Assembly: GCA_963764165.1 (NCBI GenBank)
Contig: CAVXRD010000001.1
Location: forward strand, 192,001 to 256,000
Reading direction: 5' to 3'
Length of the DNA: 64,000 bases
Source of the DNA: an uncultured Verrucomicrobiae bacterium
GTDB lineage: Bacteria; Verrucomicrobiota; Verrucomicrobiia; Limisphaerales; Palsa-1400
Shown here: piece after piece, positions 41,897 through 53,112 of the stretch
Layout of the letters: the number at the start of each line of letters is the position of its first letter
Numbering within the stretch: the first letter of the stretch is position 1
Made by a program: the position numbers and the translations under genes
Notes under the pieces: generated by a model
The model's input: only the letters and a program-made list of their open reading frames with translations
Database searches by the model: none
What the model was told of the DNA's origin: nothing

Positions 41897-42720
41897 AAAA
41901 CGTAAAACATCGCCTGCTCTTTCCGATGCAGGCCAAAGGAAACGTCGGCAAGAGCCTTGAAATCGCCACGCGCGCTTGCTGGTTCAGCGAGCGCGGCATC
42001 GAATGGCAAGGCTTTGATCTGGATGGCGACAATCGCACGCTATCGCGGCTCTTTCCCGGTGAGGTGCAGCTCGTGCCGATAACGGGCCGGACCGACGACC
42101 AGGACGAACTGGTTTCCATTTTGAAAGAAGTGACAGCCAAGCCCGTCACCATCGTGGACGCCCGCGCCCATCTGGACGGTGTATTGCGAACCGCCCTGCA
42201 AGCCACGCGGTTTTTCAATCTGGCCAAACAGCTAAACATCGGCATCACCGTGACCATGTTCCCGTTGGATGACGTGGACGTGATGACAAATCTGGATGAG
42301 CTTTGCCAATTCTGCGGCAGCCAGGTTGAATACATTGTTGTCAAAAATCCAGCCCGCGCAGCGCGAACAAAGATGTTCGATGGCAGCCCGCTGGATGACG
42401 AACTGAAGGCATTGGGGGCGACCATCATCACGTTGCCGCTCTTGTCGGAAATCGTAAAAATGAATCTGGCCTTTCTCGAAACCAAGCACGAGCGCGGCAT
42501 CCCGTTCAACGAAGCCATTGGCAGCGACGAATTGGGGTTGGACATTATGGCGCGGGGCATGTTGCAGGATTGGACCGGCCAAATGTTCAATCAGTACGAC
42601 CGCATCGCCGGAAGGCTTTTGCCCACGGCGGAAGCTGAGAAGATCAAGCCGAAGGCCGCGCCCGCCTTGGGCGAAGCGCCGCGAGCGCGGCGCGGGGCCA
42701 AGGTCAATTTCGCGCAATAG
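41893..42720 (+). CDS. ParA/MinD-like P-loop ATPase (StbB-like)
   Basis: Deviant Walker A KGNVGKS, and DLDGDN. Confidence 0.8.
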   Translation: MKNVKHRLLFPMQAKGNVGKSLEIATRACWFSERGIEWQGFDLDGDNRTLSRLFPGEVQLVPITGRTDDQDELVSILKEVTAKPVTIVDARAHLDGVLRTALQATRFFNLAKQLNIGITVTMFPLDDVDVMTNLDELCQFCGSQVEYIVVKNPARAARTKMFDGSPLDDELKALGATIITLPLLSEIVKMNLAFLETKHERGIPFNEAIGSDELGLDIMARGMLQDWTGQMFNQYDRIAGRLLPTAEAEKIKPKAAPALGEAPRARRGAKVNFAQ

Positions 42721-42730
42721 GAGTCACCCC

Positions 42731-43684
42731 ATGACCGACAGCCCACCGCTTTTCGAGGAAATGCTGGCCGCGTATCCGGCGGACAAACGCGAATTTGCCC
42801 GCCGCGTCTATGACCGTTTTGCCAACGGCGATGCAACCGAGTTTTTCGCCCAATTGTTCTTGCTGCTCGACGTGTACGCCAATTACGCCAAGCGCATCCC
42901 GCAGGCAGTCAGCGAAACGAACCAGAGCACACTGGTATCATTGAAAAAAGTGCGGGAAGAAATCGGCTTGCTGGCGCAAACCGTGGAAACCCGCAGCGTG
43001 AATCTGGATAATCTTTGCGAGGAAACGACCGCCCTTTGTATGGCCGCCCAGGAGAAATGTGAAGCGGCGGCGGAACGGCTGGCCAAATTGACCAAGGAAA
43101 TCGGCCAGCAAGTGGACACCAAGGCCATTGTCGAAAGCATCCGCCAATCGGTTGACGCCGGCGTGCGGGCCGAAGTGATACAACCGTTCATGCAACGGAC
43201 GGAGGAATTAAGCGCAGACGTGCTGCCGACGCTGGAAAAAATCAGGAACGCGAGCGAGGAAGCCGGGCGGATATGGCCAGGACGCATTTGGAAAATGGCG
43301 TTGACTTGCGGACTGGTTTTGGGCCTGGCCGTGGCGATTGTCGGGACCAGCGCGGCGTATTTCAAAATCAAAAGTCATTACGACCGGACGCTGGCCGAAC
43401 AAATCGCGTCAGCCGAAAAGACGCTGGCGCAGAATCAGGCCGCGTTTCGGGAACTGGCCGTGGCGAATGTGCCCGTCCGAGTAGTGCGGGCGTCTGACGG
43501 CAACACTTTGCGGGGTGGTTACGCGGTGGTTATCGAAGGCATTTACACCACCGAAGAACGAACGAACCAAAACGGAAAGGAGGGAATAATTTACTTTTCC
43601 AGCCAGCGCAAGGAAAGCGAACTGGAAAGCATCCAGCGGGAAGTACAGGACGCCTATCAGAAAATGAAGGAGGCGGGCAAGTGA
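42731..43684 (+). CDS. Coiled-coil protein with one TM segment (mobilisation accessory-like)
   Basis: GGAG-like RBS then ATG at 42731; in an operon with the ATPase. Confidence 0.65.
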   Translation: MTDSPPLFEEMLAAYPADKREFARRVYDRFANGDATEFFAQLFLLLDVYANYAKRIPQAVSETNQSTLVSLKKVREEIGLLAQTVETRSVNLDNLCEETTALCMAAQEKCEAAAERLAKLTKEIGQQVDTKAIVESIRQSVDAGVRAEVIQPFMQRTEELSADVLPTLEKIRNASEEAGRIWPGRIWKMALTCGLVLGLAVAIVGTSAAYFKIKSHYDRTLAEQIASAEKTLAQNQAAFRELAVANVPVRVVRASDGNTLRGGYAVVIEGIYTTEERTNQNGKEGIIYFSSQRKESELESIQREVQDAYQKMKEAGK

Positions 43685-43693
43685 CGGGGCGGT

Positions 43694-44077
43694 ATGAGGA
43701 AGTTCGGCACGCCTCGATTTTTGCCGGACAAACCGTTTGCACAGAGTTTAGTCATCCCGGCGGGCAGCTTTCTCGCGGGCTTGGTTGTGTCCCAAATCGT
43801 GCGGCCAGTCGGCCTTTACATCTGCATCGGCGCCGTGTTCCAACGCTGGACGTACAGCCGTCTTTACAAAGAGGAACGTACGCGCCAGATGGACCAACAA
43901 GACCGGCAGTTGATGAACGCATGGAAAAGCGGCGAAGCCGAGCGACAAACGCCGCCAATAATCGTTGAAGTGGCGAAGGGAACGCCGAGCCTTCACAGCG
44001 GAGCGGAAGAATCGGCCTTCAACGAACGCTGGCAGCGGGTGTTAAACCACCCACCGCCGCCGCCGGGCCAATCCTGA
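43694..44077 (+). CDS. Hypothetical membrane protein
   Basis: Operon position; hydrophobic N-terminus. Confidence 0.5.
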   Translation: MRKFGTPRFLPDKPFAQSLVIPAGSFLAGLVVSQIVRPVGLYICIGAVFQRWTYSRLYKEERTRQMDQQDRQLMNAWKSGEAERQTPPIIVEVAKGTPSLHSGAEESAFNERWQRVLNHPPPPPGQS

Positions 44078-44194
44078 AAAATCACCGGCGGCTAAACAAG
44101 TTCCACTCTTTCGCGGCACATAGTTCCCTTTTTATCGAATGCGCACGAAACGTGCTGTTTCCGTTAACATTCGCCATATATGATGCGGGCGGCA

Positions 44195-45178
44195 TCATTG
44201 CTTGTCCCGTTTTACGACAAATTTCGGACCAGTGCGATCCCCGTTCCTCATGAACCCATCCCAGATGATCGTATTGCCATCGTCGCTGATCTCTCCTTTA
44301 ATCTGCTCATCGGCGAGAGTAGATTCCGGGGGGTATTCCTTAATGAACTGATTTCCATGTAAATCATACTCTTCTTGCCGCGTCGTGCCCTTTATGGCCA
44401 ATACGTTGCCGCGGCTGTCCTTTTTAGTTGTGTCGAAGTGCCAAATGATTATCAATTTACTCCCATGTATTTCAAATGTGAAATGGCGATCGTTGGGCCA
44501 GTACCAATGGGATTCTTTAGTTTCGCGATATATTCCTGTTATTTTGCGGTTTAAGTCTTGGGCTTGGGCAGTCGCTTCGGCCTCCCTCCTGCGTTGCTCG
44601 GTCTCGGCATAGTGGCGTTGTCGCTCGGCTTCTTCTTGCCGCCGTTGTTCTTCAGCCCTCATAGCTGCCTGTGCGGCGGCGGCCCTTTCAACGTCCTCTG
44701 CCTTTACTTCGAGAGCATAGATTTTGTCTTGGACAGATCGCGATTCGGTTTCGGGATGCGTAAATAACTGGTAGAGTTTCAGGTTGGCAATAGCATTCGA
44801 GTAATTTCCCCCAGCCTCCCACGCCAAACCAAGATTGTAGCGTGCTTCCGGCCACCAAGGGGCAATACGGCTCGCATCATTAAATTCAGTTACGGCTTGT
44901 GAAAAGTCTTCGGCAGTCTTCGCATCCTTGAAACGCACTCCACCACGCACAAAATGCTTCCGCGCATCTTCGGGAATGGCAGGCAAATGATCAAGTCCAA
45001 CGGCCAGCTTGACAACCTTCTCCGCCGCCTCTCGTGTTGGAGCCTCCGCTCTTTGATATTCGGCCAGCGCCTGCTGAAATGCAGCATTGGTGATGCCATC
45101 GTCCGCCGCGAATGCGGGCTGTGAGGAAATCAAAACAACCAGAGCAATAAAAAGTAAATTCAGTCTCATAAAAATCAA
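44195..45178 (-). CDS. Secreted TPR-containing protein
   Basis: Signal peptide (..PAFA); APWWPEARYNLGLAWE. Confidence 0.8.
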   Translation of the reverse strand: MIFMRLNLLFIALVVLISSQPAFAADDGITNAAFQQALAEYQRAEAPTREAAEKVVKLAVGLDHLPAIPEDARKHFVRGGVRFKDAKTAEDFSQAVTEFNDASRIAPWWPEARYNLGLAWEAGGNYSNAIANLKLYQLFTHPETESRSVQDKIYALEVKAEDVERAAAAQAAMRAEEQRRQEEAERQRHYAETEQRRREAEATAQAQDLNRKITGIYRETKESHWYWPNDRHFTFEIHGSKLIIIWHFDTTKKDSRGNVLAIKGTTRQEEYDLHGNQFIKEYPPESTLADEQIKGEISDDGNTIIWDGFMRNGDRTGPKFVVKRDKQ

Positions 45179-45224
45179 AGTGTTCTATCAATAAGCGTGA
45201 CGGCCAAGCCCGTGACGCCAATAA

Positions 45225-46244
45225 TCAACGCTCAACTTTTGTTAAGGTTTCATCTCGAATTAGCCCGTTATCAAATTCTTTGGTGGTTCCATTCATCATG
45301 GACGCCCTCCAATGAATGGAACTCGAAGATTTGTCGATTGTGACTTTGACAGGCTGTTCCGGCACTTCACCACTGGCTGGCTCTTCCCATTTAATATGAT
45401 GATAATCTGATCCGTGGATGATCCCGTGGAGAGACGGCTCATTGTTGCGGCGGCCATCGTTTATAGAATAAATATCAACCGAGGCGTCAGTGACCACAAC
45501 GTCGGCCTCATAAGAGTACACCACTTTGTTGTATAGACCGTCGCCCCTCTCCATTACCCGCCGCCATGAGTACTTTCCGGCGAGAAACCCGAATTGCCGA
45601 TTAAATTCGTCTGTTTTAGCACGTTTAGCTATCTCTAACTTACGCTGTGCGATCAAATAATCCATCTCTCCAAGATGTTTGCGCACATCGCTGGCATCGC
45701 TCGCATTAGGCGCTACCAGAAGATAAAACTGATAGTTTTGTTTTGTTTGTTCCAACTGACCGGCCTTCTCAAACAAAAGCGCCGCATTAAAATAGTAACT
45801 TGAAATCCAAGGAGCAGACAGTGCTGCGAGGACGTACTCTTTGGCCGCCTCAGCATAATCTTGCTGAGAAGTGGCTCCTTTAGCGGTTGCCGTCGCCCGG
45901 CCTTCGTGTATATCCGCCTCGGGAGGAGTCGCCGGTTTCGGTTCCATCGCCAAAGCATACCTGATGATGTGCTCCCTCAAGGAAGCATTCTCCGGCTCTC
46001 GTTGAAGTCGAGACAAAGCCTGCCGAAATCCATCATCGGATGTAATTGGTGCAGCAGAGCTATAAGCAGAGGATTTTGAGGAAACGCTTTCGGATGTGGT
46101 CGTTGCGCAACCTGCTAAAGAGCAGAGCACCAACGCTACCAAGGGTAAAACCGCGATTTTCAAGACCATGTGATTTATTCCTACGTGAGTGTCTGCATAA
46201 ATCAGGCAGGGAGCCGGAAGCTTTTCGGTATCGTTTGTGTTCAT
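45225..46244 (-). CDS. TPR-containing lipoprotein
   Basis: Lipobox LAGC; APWISSYYFNAALLFE. The true start is probably downstream (MVLKIA). Confidence 0.8.
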   Translation of the reverse strand: MNTNDTEKLPAPCLIYADTHVGINHMVLKIAVLPLVALVLCSLAGCATTTSESVSSKSSAYSSAAPITSDDGFRQALSRLQREPENASLREHIIRYALAMEPKPATPPEADIHEGRATATAKGATSQQDYAEAAKEYVLAALSAPWISSYYFNAALLFEKAGQLEQTKQNYQFYLLVAPNASDASDVRKHLGEMDYLIAQRKLEIAKRAKTDEFNRQFGFLAGKYSWRRVMERGDGLYNKVVYSYEADVVVTDASVDIYSINDGRRNNEPSLHGIIHGSDYHHIKWEEPASGEVPEQPVKVTIDKSSSSIHWRASMMNGTTKEFDNGLIRDETLTKVER

Positions 46245-46261
46245 TGTGTCGAATGGGAGGG

Positions 46262-47590
46262 CTACTGTGTTCGTAATTTTTCCTCGTGCCTAGTAAAAAT
46301 ATCCACGAGGCCTTGTTTCTGCATTTCATTAGGGAGTTCAATAAGGTACGCTTGGGAAATCACGTCGTTGGCTTCCTTTATGGCAGATCGCAAAGCAGCT
46401 TGCTCCGCAGGGTCTTGGGCATGGGTCAGAGCGGCGCTGGCTTGCTTCAAATACGCTTGGGCTTCCTTGAAGGGCGGGTCATGTATGGCCGCCAATTCTT
46501 TAAACTTGTCGGTTGCTTGGCCAATTATTATGCCTCCTGTCTCAATGCACGCCCTTGTCATAGCCGCGTGCCGAGCTTCCGGCGACATCATGGCGTCCCA
46601 AGCGATGCGACTGCTGCTGTTGCCCAGAGCCGGGTCAAGAATGGCTTGGGCGGCTTTCAACATGCCCACATTCACATTCTCGCTGATTGGCTGATGCTCC
46701 CGCAATGCTCGAACCAACAAAGCAAACTCCTTTCGGCTTTCAGGATTCCTCTGGTAAGCCAGAGCCTGGTCGTAACTCTCGTTCTTTTTGACGATATAGA
46801 CATCCGCCGCATCTTCTGCCGCGATGAACGATTTGCCAGCCATAAGAATGAGTCCGACACCTCCAGCAGGCCACTCCATTCCATTGATCTTTGCGTAAAT
46901 CTGGGCAACCGCAGTACCCCCATCCAAACCTTCAAGGACTCTCCTGCTTCGCTCGTCGCTCTTTGCCAGTTGCCCAAAGCCGATTGAAGCAATTTCCGGG
47001 GGTATCGGAGGAGGAACCTGGATTCGATGAATTCCACGATGAATGGAGGCTGCTGTCGGATAACCGGATATGCTGGAATTGATTTCCTTGAGGCCAGAAC
47101 CGTTGCCACCAATAGAAGCAACGGCCGCGCTGCTATCTTTCAGCTTGAGGTTGGTATCGCCGAAGCCTTTCAGTTGACTCAAAACGTCGTTTTTGTCGCG
47201 CTCAAATTGGCGGGCAATTTCGGCGGCTTTGGCTGCGGCTGCATCACGCCTGGCCTGAGCATCACGAGCTTCCTGCGTGTAGTCGGGTTGAGGCTCGCTT
47301 GGTACGGGCCGGGGAGAGCCATCATCCGGTTGAGGAGTCGGAGAACGGGATGGCACATCAATGTAGCCGCTGCCCTTACCGCCGGGTTTGCCCCCACCGC
47401 CCCAACCACCGCACCTTGGGCATCCATAGTAGCTTTGAATTCCATTGAGCACAGGCCCTGGAATCATGCCCGATCCGCCACAACGAGGGCAAACTACCTG
47501 GTCCGCCAATACGTGGAACGTCCACAAACAAATGGCCAGCGCACCTGCCCATCGAAGGAGCCGTTTCATTTTTTCGTTTTTGTCATACAA
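46262..47590 (-). CDS. Secreted protein with a DnaJ-type CxxCxGxG pair
   Basis: Signal peptide, then CPRCGGSG..CPRCGGWG. Confidence 0.7.
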   Translation of the reverse strand: MYDKNEKMKRLLRWAGALAICLWTFHVLADQVVCPRCGGSGMIPGPVLNGIQSYYGCPRCGGWGGGGKPGGKGSGYIDVPSRSPTPQPDDGSPRPVPSEPQPDYTQEARDAQARRDAAAAKAAEIARQFERDKNDVLSQLKGFGDTNLKLKDSSAAVASIGGNGSGLKEINSSISGYPTAASIHRGIHRIQVPPPIPPEIASIGFGQLAKSDERSRRVLEGLDGGTAVAQIYAKINGMEWPAGGVGLILMAGKSFIAAEDAADVYIVKKNESYDQALAYQRNPESRKEFALLVRALREHQPISENVNVGMLKAAQAILDPALGNSSSRIAWDAMMSPEARHAAMTRACIETGGIIIGQATDKFKELAAIHDPPFKEAQAYLKQASAALTHAQDPAEQAALRSAIKEANDVISQAYLIELPNEMQKQGLVDIFTRHEEKLRTQ

Positions 47591-48444
47591 GTCTTATTCA
47601 AGCTTGTTTAGCGTACCGTGCCACCGGCTGATTTTAGCCGGATGGCAAAGGTTAGGAGCTACCGGCTCCCACCATATAAAGAGGAATCCTTACGGATTCG
47701 TTGCAAACAATTTGCGATTATTCCTAAAACTCGTTGCGAATCAGCCACTCAAAAGACAAGGGGCGTGACCTACTCACGCCCCACGACGGGCACTGGTATG
47801 CCCTTACAGGAACGCTTTGGGGCACGCCCGATTTGGGCGTGCCTCGTTGCGTGTCCTGTACATGAAATTACCAGTTTCGTCGTGGACAGCAGCCGAAGCC
47901 GCAAATCTGTTGTTAATTGTTTCTATCACATACTTTTTTTCTGGACATTTGGATGGAACCACAGACCTCAGTTGGATGCAAGTGGCTATTTTTGACACAT
48001 TTCCGTCATGGGCTTCCGCCCCGCCGCGACACCAAAACGCTTTTCCCTTCACCCCCTGAAAAGCGTTCTCGTGTCACGGCCCCTGGCCGGACTGTTTTCA
48101 ATTCTTCACCGGCGCACCCTCTTGCCCCGCGCTCCGTTCCGAATTGCAAACAGACCGGCATTGGAAAAGGCGGCGCAGTCGCGCCAGCCAATTCCTTTGA
48201 CCAGGAAGCTCAGAATTGCCCAATACCGGGGATGGCCAACAATGGCAGAGGCGCAGACGCGCCTTATTTCAACCGAATTCGTAATGGGGGCTGATTTTGG
48301 CGCGAAACGCTCCGTCCATTGTACAGCCCGTCTGCGCCTGTCAATGTATTGCTCGCCCTGTTCCCTCTGCGCTCCACATTGACAGTGCTCGACAGGCTTG
48401 GGGACTTTGCTTCTAGGATTTCGCGCCGGGAATTCTGCCAAGAA

Positions 48445-49214
48445 GTCGAGTAGAGTGGAGGCGCGAGCGGTTTAGGTCAAAGGCTTCCGTTGTATCCGCC
48501 CTTTCGGGTTTCGTGGCAAATAGCCCCCAGACCGTGCTCTCGTTTCCTCCACCCCCTCTGAAACTCCGTACGGCGGGTTTTCCCCAGTACCGGCTTCAAA
48601 CGGGCTGTCAGCAGCGACCTTCGCGGCTCGCGCCGCTTATACGCTGCCACAGTGGAGATCTCGTCCGTTCGCGTTATTCCGTAGTCGGGCTTGCGCCCGG
48701 CGGCACTCGCGGCTTCTGACACCACACACCCGCCCAGTGGCCCTTGGCTCCGCCAGCGGTTGTTCTGTCCGCCGACCTCATCGCTTACTATGGCCACATC
48801 CGAGTCTCTGCCTCTCCGCTCCGGCTTATGCATTATTCCCGAAGCGTTCAAAGGGGCAGAGAGTCCCCAATTTACTCTGCGTGTCTTTCAGACGTGTCGC
48901 ACTCCTTACCCCGGCGGCTTTCCGGGTGCCTTTGACTGCTTCTTCCCCGGAAATACATGCCTTCGCCATCCTCCTGAGAGGCTCGGCGCCGCGATCCCCT
49001 GCTTTTCGGAACAGCAGGGTGGCCTAACGAGGCTGCAAGTTTCACTTTATGTTACGACCCGTTCTTTTGTTGGCGCGGCTCCGCCCGCGCGTTTACGACC
49101 CAGCTCTCATCCCGCCAGATCGCTCCGCGGGACGTGGGTTATCGCTAAGCGGGTAACAGTCCATTCCCGCTGCCGGACTTTCACCAGCCAGACACACAGC
49201 ATTATGGGCTGCGC
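48445..49214 (-). ncRNA. ORF-less group II intron (~770 nt)
   Basis: 5' GCGCAGCCCATAAT; domain V AAGCCGGTACTGGGGAAAACCCGCCGTACGGAGTTT; domain VI GTGGAGG..CCTCCACTCTACTCGAC ending in AC; no RT ORF. Confidence 0.8.
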
Positions 49215-49448
49215 CAGGAGAGGGACCGCAGACGGACAAAGGCCGGTGGTAATCCAGTCAGAGCGGCGATTTCGCACTTGTTTGGGTACCGGCGAGAAGG
49301 TGCGCACCCAAGGGCGTTTGCAATCTGAAGTGTCCAACGCTACGTCGCGCAAACAAAATATGAACCAAAAGAAGCGGCGGATTGGCGCAACAACTGCGTT
49401 TATTGACGCGCGGCTTGGCGGTTGCAAGCCAGGTTGCCTCTGTGCTTC

Positions 49449-49724
49449 AGAGTGTGCTTTAAAAATCCGAGGGGTTCTGCGGCGAGGGATTTTGGCCGCA
49501 AGCGAGGCGGCGAGGCACGAGAATCCCCGCAGCGGGCTTTGAGTGCCGAGCCAACGAAGGCTGCGGACAAAAGAACCGCCGCCCAATGGGTTTTCGCGCA
49601 AAAGACCCTCTGGCTTCGTTGCGCCTCAGTCACAGCCCCGCTTGGGGATGCTCCTTCGTTGCGCCTCGCCATAGGTTCCTGTGCGTAAAAAAACAGAGAC
49701 CCTCGGATTTTTAAGGCACACTCT
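49449..49724. mobile_element. MITE-like element (276 bp)
   Basis: 25-bp terminal IRs AGAGTGTGC(T/C)TTAAAAATCCGAGGG (24/25 match); non-coding, palindromic interior. Confidence 0.75.
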
Positions 49725-49961
49725 TGAGCGCCGCACGGCGCGGGCGATTGCTTGCCCCGTCACGATCCGCCGTCGCCTAGCTATGGCGGGACAAGCCCTC
49801 AATCAATCGCTCTTTTTCCGTTGCGTCCGGGTGGTTTCGCCCGCAGAATCGGCACTGTAGCTGGCGACCGGGAGCAAAGCGGGCCAAGGGCGGCTAACGG
49901 CGGCAAAAGCCGGATTTGAGCTACATTCTGGCTACATACTTCGTAAGTGCCTCATTCTCAA

Positions 49962-50035
49962 TGGAGCGGGTGAAGGGAATCGAACCCTCGTCTCAGGCTT
50001 GGGAAGCCCACATTCTACCATTGAACCACACCCGC
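49962..50035 (-). tRNA. tRNA-Gly(CCC)
   Basis: GCGGGTG..anticodon loop TTCCCAA..GGTTCGATTCC..CACCCGCTCCA; 74 nt. Confidence 0.97.
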
Positions 50036-50109
50036 GCTCTCTCGAACTGCCGCAATATTACTGGCTGCTTCCTCGTCTGCAAGCGCCAATCTTGCGAAGT
50101 CAATCCAAG

Positions 50110-51141
50110 CTAATCACCCGGCGGACCAATCGGATCCTCGCTCAGGGCTTTTTCGAGGGCGTCGACGCGGCGCATCAGTTCGGGGAGTCGTTGCAAGGCA
50201 ATCATTTGGCGTTTCGCTTGACGATCGGGCTGGGCCGGAGCGCCAAGCCATTTGCCGCCGTCCGGAACGTCGTGCATGACGCCGGATTGCGCGGCGATGG
50301 TCACCTTGTTGCCGATCTTCAAATGGCCCGCAATCCCCACCTGGCCGGCCAGCGTCGTGTAATGCCCGATCTTCGTGCTGCCCGCTATCCCGACTTGCGC
50401 CACAACCAAACAATGTTCGCCAATGCTGACGTTGTGCGCGATCTGCACCAGGTTGTCAATTTTTGTGCCTTTGCCAATCGTCGTGGGCCCGAGAGCGCCG
50501 CGGTCGATGCAGACGTTGGCGCCAATTTCGACATCATCCTGAATAATGACCTGGCCGACTTGCGGCACTTTCCGATGCATGCCAGCGTCAAATACATAGC
50601 CAAAGCCGTCGGAGCCAATCACCGCCCCTGCGTGAATGCGGACGCGCTGGCCAATTTGTGTGTGGCCGTAGACCACGACGTTTGGGAACAACCGGCATTG
50701 CGCGCCGATGGTCACATTGCGCCCGATGTGGTTGCCGCCCTGCAGCACAACCCCCGCCCCGATTTTCACGTTCTCGGCAATCACGCAATTCGGCCCGATG
50801 TGCGCCGAGGCATCCACCTGCGCGGTCGGATCGACAATCGCCGACGGATGCGCGCCGGGCGAGAATTTGCGATCGGGAAAAAATAGCGGCAGCACGCGCG
50901 CAAAGGCGATGCGCGCATTGGGCACGCGGATGAGCGTCTTGCTCGCGGCCGCGAACGGGCCATCGATGAGAATGGCCGAGGCGGCGCTTTGTTCGGCTTT
51001 CAAAAAAAATGTCTCGTTCTCCGCGAACGTAAGGTCGCCGGTCTTGGCGGCCGTGGCGGGTGCAAAGCCCGTCAAGCGAATCGAGGCGTCGCCGATGACC
51101 TCGCCGTCCAATTCTTTGGCTATCTCAGCAGTGGTGAACAT
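50110..51141 (-). CDS. lpxD: UDP-3-O-(3-hydroxyacyl)glucosamine N-acyltransferase
   Basis: [14 protein letters not shown] and [12 protein letters not shown] hexapeptide repeats. Confidence 0.96.
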   Translation of the reverse strand: MFTTAEIAKELDGEVIGDASIRLTGFAPATAAKTGDLTFAENETFFLKAEQSAASAILIDGPFAAASKTLIRVPNARIAFARVLPLFFPDRKFSPGAHPSAIVDPTAQVDASAHIGPNCVIAENVKIGAGVVLQGGNHIGRNVTIGAQCRLFPNVVVYGHTQIGQRVRIHAGAVIGSDGFGYVFDAGMHRKVPQVGQVIIQDDVEIGANVCIDRGALGPTTIGKGTKIDNLVQIAHNVSIGEHCLVVAQVGIAGSTKIGHYTTLAGQVGIAGHLKIGNKVTIAAQSGVMHDVPDGGKWLGAPAQPDRQAKRQMIALQRLPELMRRVDALEKALSEDPIGPPGD

Positions 51142-51254
51142 GTGTGTTTCTAAATTGCGCTGGCCCAAGTCGCCGATTGACTTGAAAAATCCATCCGGGC
51201 CACTATAAAGGCGCAGAACTTTGCAATACAACTCCAACTTTGGCGAGCATTCTT

Positions 51255-52418
51255 ATGAGCAGAAAAATTCGTTACGGGATGATCGGCGGCGGGCGCGGCG
51301 CATTTATTGGCGCGGTGCATCGCATCGCTGCGGCACTGGATCAGCAAATCGAACTTGTATGCGGCGCCTTCAGTTCAGACGCCGCCCGGAGCAAGGCTTC
51401 CGGGGAGGATTTGATGCTGCCTCCAGAGCGCTGTTACGGATCGTTTGACGAGATGATCTGGACGGAAGCCTCACAGCCCGCGGACCGGCGCATGGATTTC
51501 GTTGCCATTGTCACTCCGAATCATATGCATTTCCCGCCGGCGCAATTGGCGCTGCAGCATGGTTTTCACGTCTTAAGCGACAAGCCCGCCACGCTCAATC
51601 TCGCGGAGGCGAAAAAACTCCGCACGCTCGTCAAAAAAACCGGGCTGCTTTACGGCGTCACGTATACATACACGGGATATCCGCTGGTCAAAGAAGCGCG
51701 CGACTTGGTGCGATCTGGCAAGTTGGGCAAGATTCGCAAAGTGGTCGTTGAATACCCGCAAGGCTGGCTGGCTACCCTACTCGAAAGCACGGGGCAGAAG
51801 CAGGCGGGCTGGCGAACGAATCCGAAAAAATCCGGCGCGGGCGGATGTGTCGGCGACATCGGCACTCATGCGGAAAATTTGGTTCATTACGTCACCGGTG
51901 CGGAGATTAAGGAGTTGGCGGCGGATGCCACGATTTTCGTCAAAGGCCGCCGTTTGGATGATGACATCAACGTGCTCGTTCGTCTTGACAACGGAGCCAA
52001 GGGCGTTCTCCACGCTTCGCAAGTTTCCGTCGGCGAGGAGAACAATATCAATATCCGCGTCTGGGGCGAAAACGGCGGACTCGAATGGCATCAGAAAGAA
52101 CCAAACACGCTGCTAGTCAAATGGCCTGATCGTCCGGCGGAAACTTATCGCACCGGCTGGGGTTACTTGGGCGAAGCGGCGAAGGGCGCGACTCGCACGC
52201 CGCCAGCGCACCCGGAAGGCTACCTGGAAGCCTTCGCCAACATTTACAAAAATTTCGCCAACCACATCCGCGCGGTCGAAGAAGGCCGCAAGCTTGCGAA
52301 AACAGATCCTGCGCTGGATTACCCGGGGATTGAGGATGGAGTTCGTGGCATGGCATTCGTCGAGGCGGTTCTGGAGTCGTCGAAGAAAAATGCGAAGTGG
52401 ACGAGGTTGAAGGGTTAA
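51255..52418 (+). CDS. Gfo/Idh/MocA oxidoreductase
   Basis: GMIGGG.GAFIG.VHR, TPNHMH, DKP and GDIGTH. Confidence 0.95.
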   Translation: MSRKIRYGMIGGGRGAFIGAVHRIAAALDQQIELVCGAFSSDAARSKASGEDLMLPPERCYGSFDEMIWTEASQPADRRMDFVAIVTPNHMHFPPAQLALQHGFHVLSDKPATLNLAEAKKLRTLVKKTGLLYGVTYTYTGYPLVKEARDLVRSGKLGKIRKVVVEYPQGWLATLLESTGQKQAGWRTNPKKSGAGGCVGDIGTHAENLVHYVTGAEIKELAADATIFVKGRRLDDDINVLVRLDNGAKGVLHASQVSVGEENNINIRVWGENGGLEWHQKEPNTLLVKWPDRPAETYRTGWGYLGEAAKGATRTPPAHPEGYLEAFANIYKNFANHIRAVEEGRKLAKTDPALDYPGIEDGVRGMAFVEAVLESSKKNAKWTRLKG

Positions 52419-52428
52419 TGGGGTTTGG

Positions 52429-53112
52429 CTAGAACTTCAAAAGGCCAACAAGGTGAACCAAAAATTCCTTCACTCCAAACCGACTGGATTCCGTCTCGTG
52501 ATGTGCCTCGGCCAAAGTTGAACCGCTGTCCACAAATTTTAGAAAGATCGTTTTGTCTACTATATTTCTTAACATCGAGTAAATGGTTCGCGGTTGAACT
52601 GCGGAAGCCGTCAAACTTCGATTTATGTTAAACGAAACAATCCTCTTGGGCTCAAAAATCAGGTCTTCTCTTTCAACGAAGGAGGACGGGCTATATAACA
52701 ACAGGGTGGCTGGTCCCTCGACAACTGTGAAAAAATGCTCGCGCAAACACCAAAAGACTGGATGCAGTTTTATGTGGGTGCAAATCTTTTTGGTAGCATC
52801 CGAGAAACCAACCAAATGGCGGGCGCTGACAAAATGTTTTTCCCCCGGCGAAATTGAAAGTCCGTAAAAGTTGCCGCGGACATGATAGCCAGTGACCGGC
52901 ACCTCCACCTGGTATTCATGACACCGAACCATTCTCATTCCAAAGTAAGATTTATTCAGAATTCGCATAATCGGCCCCCCAAGCGGGAAGGGTGGCCACC
53001 AACACCACTCAAAGTTCGGATAGCCTGTTAAAATCGACTTTTTGAAGTAAAACCCCTCGGAATTTTCCAACGTCACGACCGCCGCGTTACCCTTCGATTC
53101 GATTTTCATCAC
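52429..53112 (-). CDS. AIM24-like protein
   Basis: General resemblance only (HFV..HLVGF, FTVVEGPATLLL). Confidence 0.45.
   Translation of the reverse strand: MMKIESKGNAAVVTLENSEGFYFKKSILTGYPNFEWCWWPPFPLGGPIMRILNKSYFGMRMVRCHEYQVEVPVTGYHVRGNFYGLSISPGEKHFVSARHLVGFSDATKKICTHIKLHPVFWCLREHFFTVVEGPATLLLYSPSSFVEREDLIFEPKRIVSFNINRSLTASAVQPRTIYSMLRNIVDKTIFLKFVDSGSTLAEAHHETESSRFGVKEFLVHLVGLLKF

Noticed and set aside
48477..49601. ORFs 48477..48851, 48691..49542 and 49107..49601; a retron or DGR
   Set aside because: They lie over intron RNA and MITE sequence, and I saw no reverse transcriptase motif in the window.
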